A model generated the notes under the pieces. That model searched no databases. It saw only the letters and a program-made list of their open reading frames with translations, and had not been told where the DNA came from. DNA of 64,000 nucleotides from Eledone cirrhosa. Its lineage: Eukaryota. Shown in pieces: positions 59,001-64,000 of the stretch. Numbering within the stretch: position 1 is the first letter of the stretch; every line of letters starts with the position of its first letter. A program made the translations under genes and the position numbers. Location of the stretch: contig CAXHJY010001603.1 of NCBI GenBank assembly GCA_964016885.1, positions 1 to 64,000 of the forward strand, given 5' to 3'.

Positions 59001-62000
59001 GTCCCGTTTTTTTATGGGGGGTCCATTTTTTATTTGGGTGCCCCGTTTTTTTATGGGGGGTCCGTTTTTTATTAGGGTGCCCCGTTTTTTATGGGGGGGT
59101 CCGTTATTTATTTGGGTGCCCCGTTTTTTTATGGGGTGGCCCGTTTTTTATTTGGGTGTTCCGTTTTTTATGGGGGGTCCGTTTTTTATTTGGATGCCCC
59201 GTTTTTTTATGGGGGGTTCCGTTTTTTATTTGGGTGCCTCGTTTTTTATGGCTGGGTCCGCATTTTATTTAGGTGCCCCGTTTTTATTTGGGTATCCCGT
59301 TTATTTATGGGGGTCCGTTTTTTATTTGGGTGTTCCGTTTTTTATTGGGGGTCCGTTTTTTATTTGGATGCCCCGTTTTTTTATGGGGGGCGCCGTTTTT
59401 TATTTGGGTGCCCCGTTTTTTATTTGGGTTCCCCGTTTCCTATTTGGGTGTCCCGTTTTTTTATGGGGGAGGGTCCGTTTTTTATTTGGGTGTCCCGTTT
59501 TTTATGGTGGGGGGTCCGTTTTTTAATTGGGTGCCCCGTTTTTTTATGCGGCGGTCGGTTTTTTATTTAGATGCCCCGTTTTTTATTTGGGTGACCCGTT
59601 TTTTATTTGGGTGCCCCGTTTTTTTATGGGGTTCCGTTTTTTATTTGGGTGCCCCGTTTTTTATTTGGGTTCCCCGTTTTATTATGGGGGGCACCGTTTT
59701 TATTTGGGTGCCCCTTTTTTTATGGGGTGTGTCTGTTTTTTATTTGTGTGCCCCATTTTTTTTTGGGTGCCCCGTTTTTTTATGGGGTGGTCCGTTTTTT
59801 ATTTGGATGCCCCGTTTTTTATGGGGGGGTTCCGTTTCTTATTTGGGTGCCCCGTTTTTTATTTGGGTGCCCCGTTTTTTTATGGGGGGCGCCGTTTTTT
59901 ATTTGGTTGCCTCGTTTTTTATGGGTGGGTCCGTATTTTATTTAGGTGTCTCGTTTTTATTTGGGTGTCCCGTTATTTTATGGGGTCCGTTTTTTATTTG
60001 GGTGCCCCGTTTTTTATTTGGGTGCCCCGTTTTTTATTTGGGTGCCCCATTTTTTTATGAGGGGTGCATTTTTTATTTGGGTGCCCCGTTTTTTTATGGG
60101 GGGGGGTCCGTTTTTTATTAGGGTGCCCCGTTTTTTATGGGGGGGTCCGTTATTTATTTGGGTGCCCCGTTTTTTTATAGGGGGGTCCGTTTTTTATTTA
60201 GGTGCCTCGTTTTTTATTTGGGTGCCCCGTTTTTTTATGGGGTGGTCCGTTATTTATTTGGGTGTTCCGTTTTTTTATGGGAGGGTCCGTTTTTTTATTT
60301 GGATGCCCCGTTTTTTATTTGGGTGCCCCGTTTTTTTATGGGGGGCGCCGTTTTTTATTTGGGTGCCTCGTTTTTTATGGGTGGGTCCGTATTTTATTTA
60401 GGTGCCCCGTTTTTATTTGGGTATCCCGTTATTTTATGGGGGGGTCCGTTTTTTATTTGTGTGCCCCATTTTTTATTTGGGTGCCCCGTTTTTTTATGGG
60501 GTGGTCCGTTTTTTATTTGGGTGTTCCGTTTTTTATGGGGGGTCCGTTTTTTATTTGGATGCCCCGTTTTTTTATGGGGGTTCCGTTTTTTATTTGGGTG
60601 CCCCGTTTTTTATTTGGGTGCCTCGTTTTTTATGGGTGGGTCCGTATTTTATTTGGGTGCCCCGTTTTTATTTGGGTGTCCCGTTTTGTTATGGGGTCCG
60701 TTTTTTATTTGGGTGCCCAGTTTTTTATTTGGGTGCCCCGTTTTTTATTTGGGTGCCCCGTTTTTTTATGGGGGGTCCATTTTTTATTTGGGTGCCCCGT
60801 TTTTTTATGGGGGGGTCCGTTTTTTATTAGGGTGCCCCGTTTTTTATGGGGGGGTCCGTTATTTATTTGGGTGCCCCGTTTTTTTATGGGGTGGCCCGTT
60901 TTTTATTTGGGTGTTCCGTTTTTTTTTATGGGGGGTCCGTTTTTTATTTGGATTCCCCATTTTTTTATGGGGGGTTCCGTTTTTTATTTGGGTGCCTCGT
61001 TTTTTATGGGTGGGTCCGCATTTTATTTAGGTGCCCCGTTTTTATTTGGGTGTCTCGTTTATTTATAGGGGTCCGTTTTTTATTTGGGTGTTCCGTTTTT
61101 TATTGGGGGTACGTTTTTTATTTGGATGCCCCGTTTTTTTATGGGGGGCGCCGTTTTTTATTTGGGTGCCTCGTTTTTTATGGGTGGGTCCGCATTTTAT
61201 TTAGGTGCCCCGTTTTTATTTGGGTGTCCCGTTTATTTATGGGGGTCCGTTTTTTATTTGGGTGCCCCGTTTTTTATTTGGGTGCCCCGTTTTTTTATGG
61301 GGGGTCCATTTTTTATTTGGGTGCCCCGTTTTTTTATGGGGGGGTCCGTTTTTTATTAGGGTGCCTCGTTTTTTATGGGTGGGTCCGCATTTTATTTAGG
61401 TGCCCCGTTTTTATTTGGGTGTCCCGTTTATTTATGGGGGTCCGTTTTTTATTTGGGTGTTCCGTTTTTTATTGGGGGTCCGTTTTTTATTTGGATGCCC
61501 CGTTTTTTTATGGGGGTTCCGTTTTTTATTTGGGTGCCCCGTTTTTTATTTGGGTGCCTCGTTTTTTATGGGTGGGTCCGTATTTTATTTGGGTGCCCAG
61601 TTTTTAATTTAGGTGCCACGTTTTTTATTTGGGTGCCCCGTTTTTTTATGGGGTGGCCCGTTTTTTATTTGGGTGTTCCGTTTTTTTATGGGGGGTCCGT
61701 TTTTTATTTGGATGCCCCGTTTTTTTATGGGGGGTTCCGTTTCTTATTTGGGTGCCTCGTTTTTGATGGGTGGGTCCGCATTTTATTTAGGTGCCCCGTT
61801 TTTATTTGGGTGTCCCGTTTATTTATGGGGGTCCGTTTTTTATTTGGGTGTTCCGTTTTTTATTGGGGGTCCGTTTTTTATTTGGATGCCCCGTTTTTTT
61901 ATGGGGGGCGCCGTTTTTTATTTGGGTGCCTCGTTTTTTATGGGTGGGTCCGCATTTTATTTAGGTGCCCCGTTTTTATTTGGGTGTCCCGTTTATTTAT

Positions 62001-64000
62001 GGGGGTCCGTTTTTTATTTGGGTGCCCCGTTTTTTATTTGCGTGCCCCGTTTTTTTATGGGGGGTCCATTTTTTATTTGGGTGCCCCGTTTTTTTATGGG
62101 GGGGTCCGTTTTTTATTAGGGTGCCCCGTTTTTTATGGGGGGGTCCGTTTTTTATTTAGGTGCCCCGTTTTTTATGGGAGGGTCCGTTTCTTATTTGGGT
62201 GCCTCGTTTTTTTATGGGGGCGCGTTTATTATTTGGGTGCCCCGTTTTTATTTGGGTGTCCCGTTATCTTTATGGGGGTCCGTTTTTTATTTGGGTGCCC
62301 CGTTTTTTATGGGGGGTCCGTTTTTTATTTGGGTGCCCCGTTTTTTATTTGGGTTCCCCGTTTTCTATTTGGGTGTCCCGTTTTTTTATGGGGGAGGGTC
62401 CGTTTTTTATTTGGATGTCCCGTTTTTTATGGTGGGGGGTCCGTTTTTTAATTGGGTGCCCCGTTTTTTTATGCGGCGGTCTGTTTTTTATTTAGATGCC
62501 CCGTTTTTTATTTGGGTGACCCGTTTTTTATTTGGGTGCCCCGTTTTTTTTATGGGGTTCCGTTTCTTATTTGGGTGCCCCGTTTTTTATTTGGGTTCCC
62601 CGTTTTATTATGGGGGGCACCGTTTTTGTTTGGGTGCTCCTTTTTTTATGGGGTGTGTCTGTTTTTTATTTGTGTGCCCCATTTTTTATTTGGGTGCCCC
62701 GTTTTTTTATGGGGTGGTCCGCTTTTTATTTGGGTGTTCCGTTTTTTATGGGGGGTCCGTTTTTTATTTGGATGCCCCGTTTTTTTATGGGGGGTTCCAT
62801 TTTTTATTTGGGTGCCCCGTTTTTTATTTGGGTGCCCCGTTTTTTATTTGGGTGCCCCGTTTTTTTATGGGGGGCGCCGTTTTTTATTTGGTTGCCTCGT
62901 TTTTTATGGGTGGGTCCGTATTTTATTTAGGTGCCTCGTTTTTATTTGGGTGTCCCGTTTTTTTATGGGGTCCGTTTTTTATTTGGGTGCCCCGTTTCTT
63001 ATTTGGGTGCCCCGTTTTTTATTTGGGTGCCCCATTTTTTTATGGGGGGTGCATTTTTTTATTTGGGTGCCCCGTTTTTTTATGGGGGGGTCCGTTTTTT
63101 ATTAGGGCGCCCCGTTTTTTATGGGGGGGTCCGTTATTTATTTGGGTGCCCCGTTTTTTATAGGGGGGTTCGTTTTTTATTTAGGTGCCCCGTTTTTTAA
63201 TTGGGTGCCCCGTTTTTTTATGGGGTGGTCCGTTTTATATTTGGGTGTACCGTTTTTTTATGGGAGGGTCCGTTTTTTATTTGGATGCGCCGTTTTTTTA
63301 TGGGGGGTTCCGTTATTTATTTGGGTGCCCCTTTTTTTTAATAGGGGGGTCCGTTTTTTATTTAGGTGCCTCGTTTTTTATTTGGGTGCCCCGTTTTTTT
63401 ATTGGGTGGTCCGTTTTTTATTTGGGTGTGCCGTTTTTTAATGGGAGGGTCCGTTTTTTATTTGGATGCCCCGTTTTTTAATGGGGGGTTCCGTTTTTTA
63501 TTTGGGTGCCCCGTTTTTTATTTGGGTGCCCCGTTTTTTTATGGGGGGCGCCGTTTTTTATTTGGGTGCCCCGTTTTTTATGGGTGGGTCCGTATTTTAT
63601 TTAGGTGCCCCGTTTTGATTTGGGTATCCCGTTTTTTTATGGGGGTCCGTTTTTTATTTGGGTTCCCCGTTTTTTATTTGGGTGCCCCGTTTTTTATTTG
63701 GGTGCCCCGTTTTTTTATGGGGGGTCCATTTTTTATTTGGTTTCCCGTTTTTTTATGGGGTGTCCGTTTTTTATTAGGGTGCCCAGTTTTTTATGGGGGG
63801 GGTCCGTTATTTATTTGGGTGCCCCGTTTTTTAATGGGGGGGTCCGTTTTTTATTTAGGTACCCCGTTTTTTTATGGGGGGGTCCGTTTCTTATTTGGGT
63901 GCCTCGTTTTTTTATGGGGGGCGCGTTTATTATTTGGGTGCCCCGTTTTTATTTGTGTGTCCTGTTTTCTTTATGGGGTCCGTTTTTTATTTGGGTGCCC
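56017..64000. repeat. G/T-skewed ~20-22-bp satellite with higher-order structure
   Basis: Alternating monomers ccgttttttatttgggtgcc and ccgtttttttatggggggt, running to the window end. Confidence 0.97.

Noticed and set aside
56009-63481. Long F/G/P/W-rich ORFs
   Set aside because: Artefacts of a stop-poor satellite, open in all three frames.

Overview
AT-rich, (TA)n/(CA)n-microsatellite-rich eukaryotic DNA with no recognisable host gene. The repeat complement suggests a mollusc, probably a cephalopod (inference). The window is a nest of retroelements: about seven Penelope-like elements (PLEs; RT plus C-terminal GIY-YIG), RTE LINE fragments, two decayed Ty3/Gypsy elements, one non-coding LTR element, a CRE/SLACS-like LINE, a Helitron fragment, tRNA-derived SINEs and an 8-kb G/T-skewed ~20-bp satellite at the end. 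The main hidden signal is about 40 type-I hammerhead ribozyme (HHR) motifs found by eye, many with recurring non-canonical cores (U3:A8, U4C, U4A). Eleven lie in an array of apparently identical 310-bp units (retrozyme/circRNA-like) built as two opposed blocks. Diverged relatives occur at 39.2-39.8 kb and 20.0-20.2 kb, the latter fused directly to a PLE RT coding region. Many insertions share one architecture: two 5'-truncated copies in inverted orientation with both 3' ends pointing outward into (TA)n. All alignments and folds were done by eye, and coordinates of degenerate elements are approximate.
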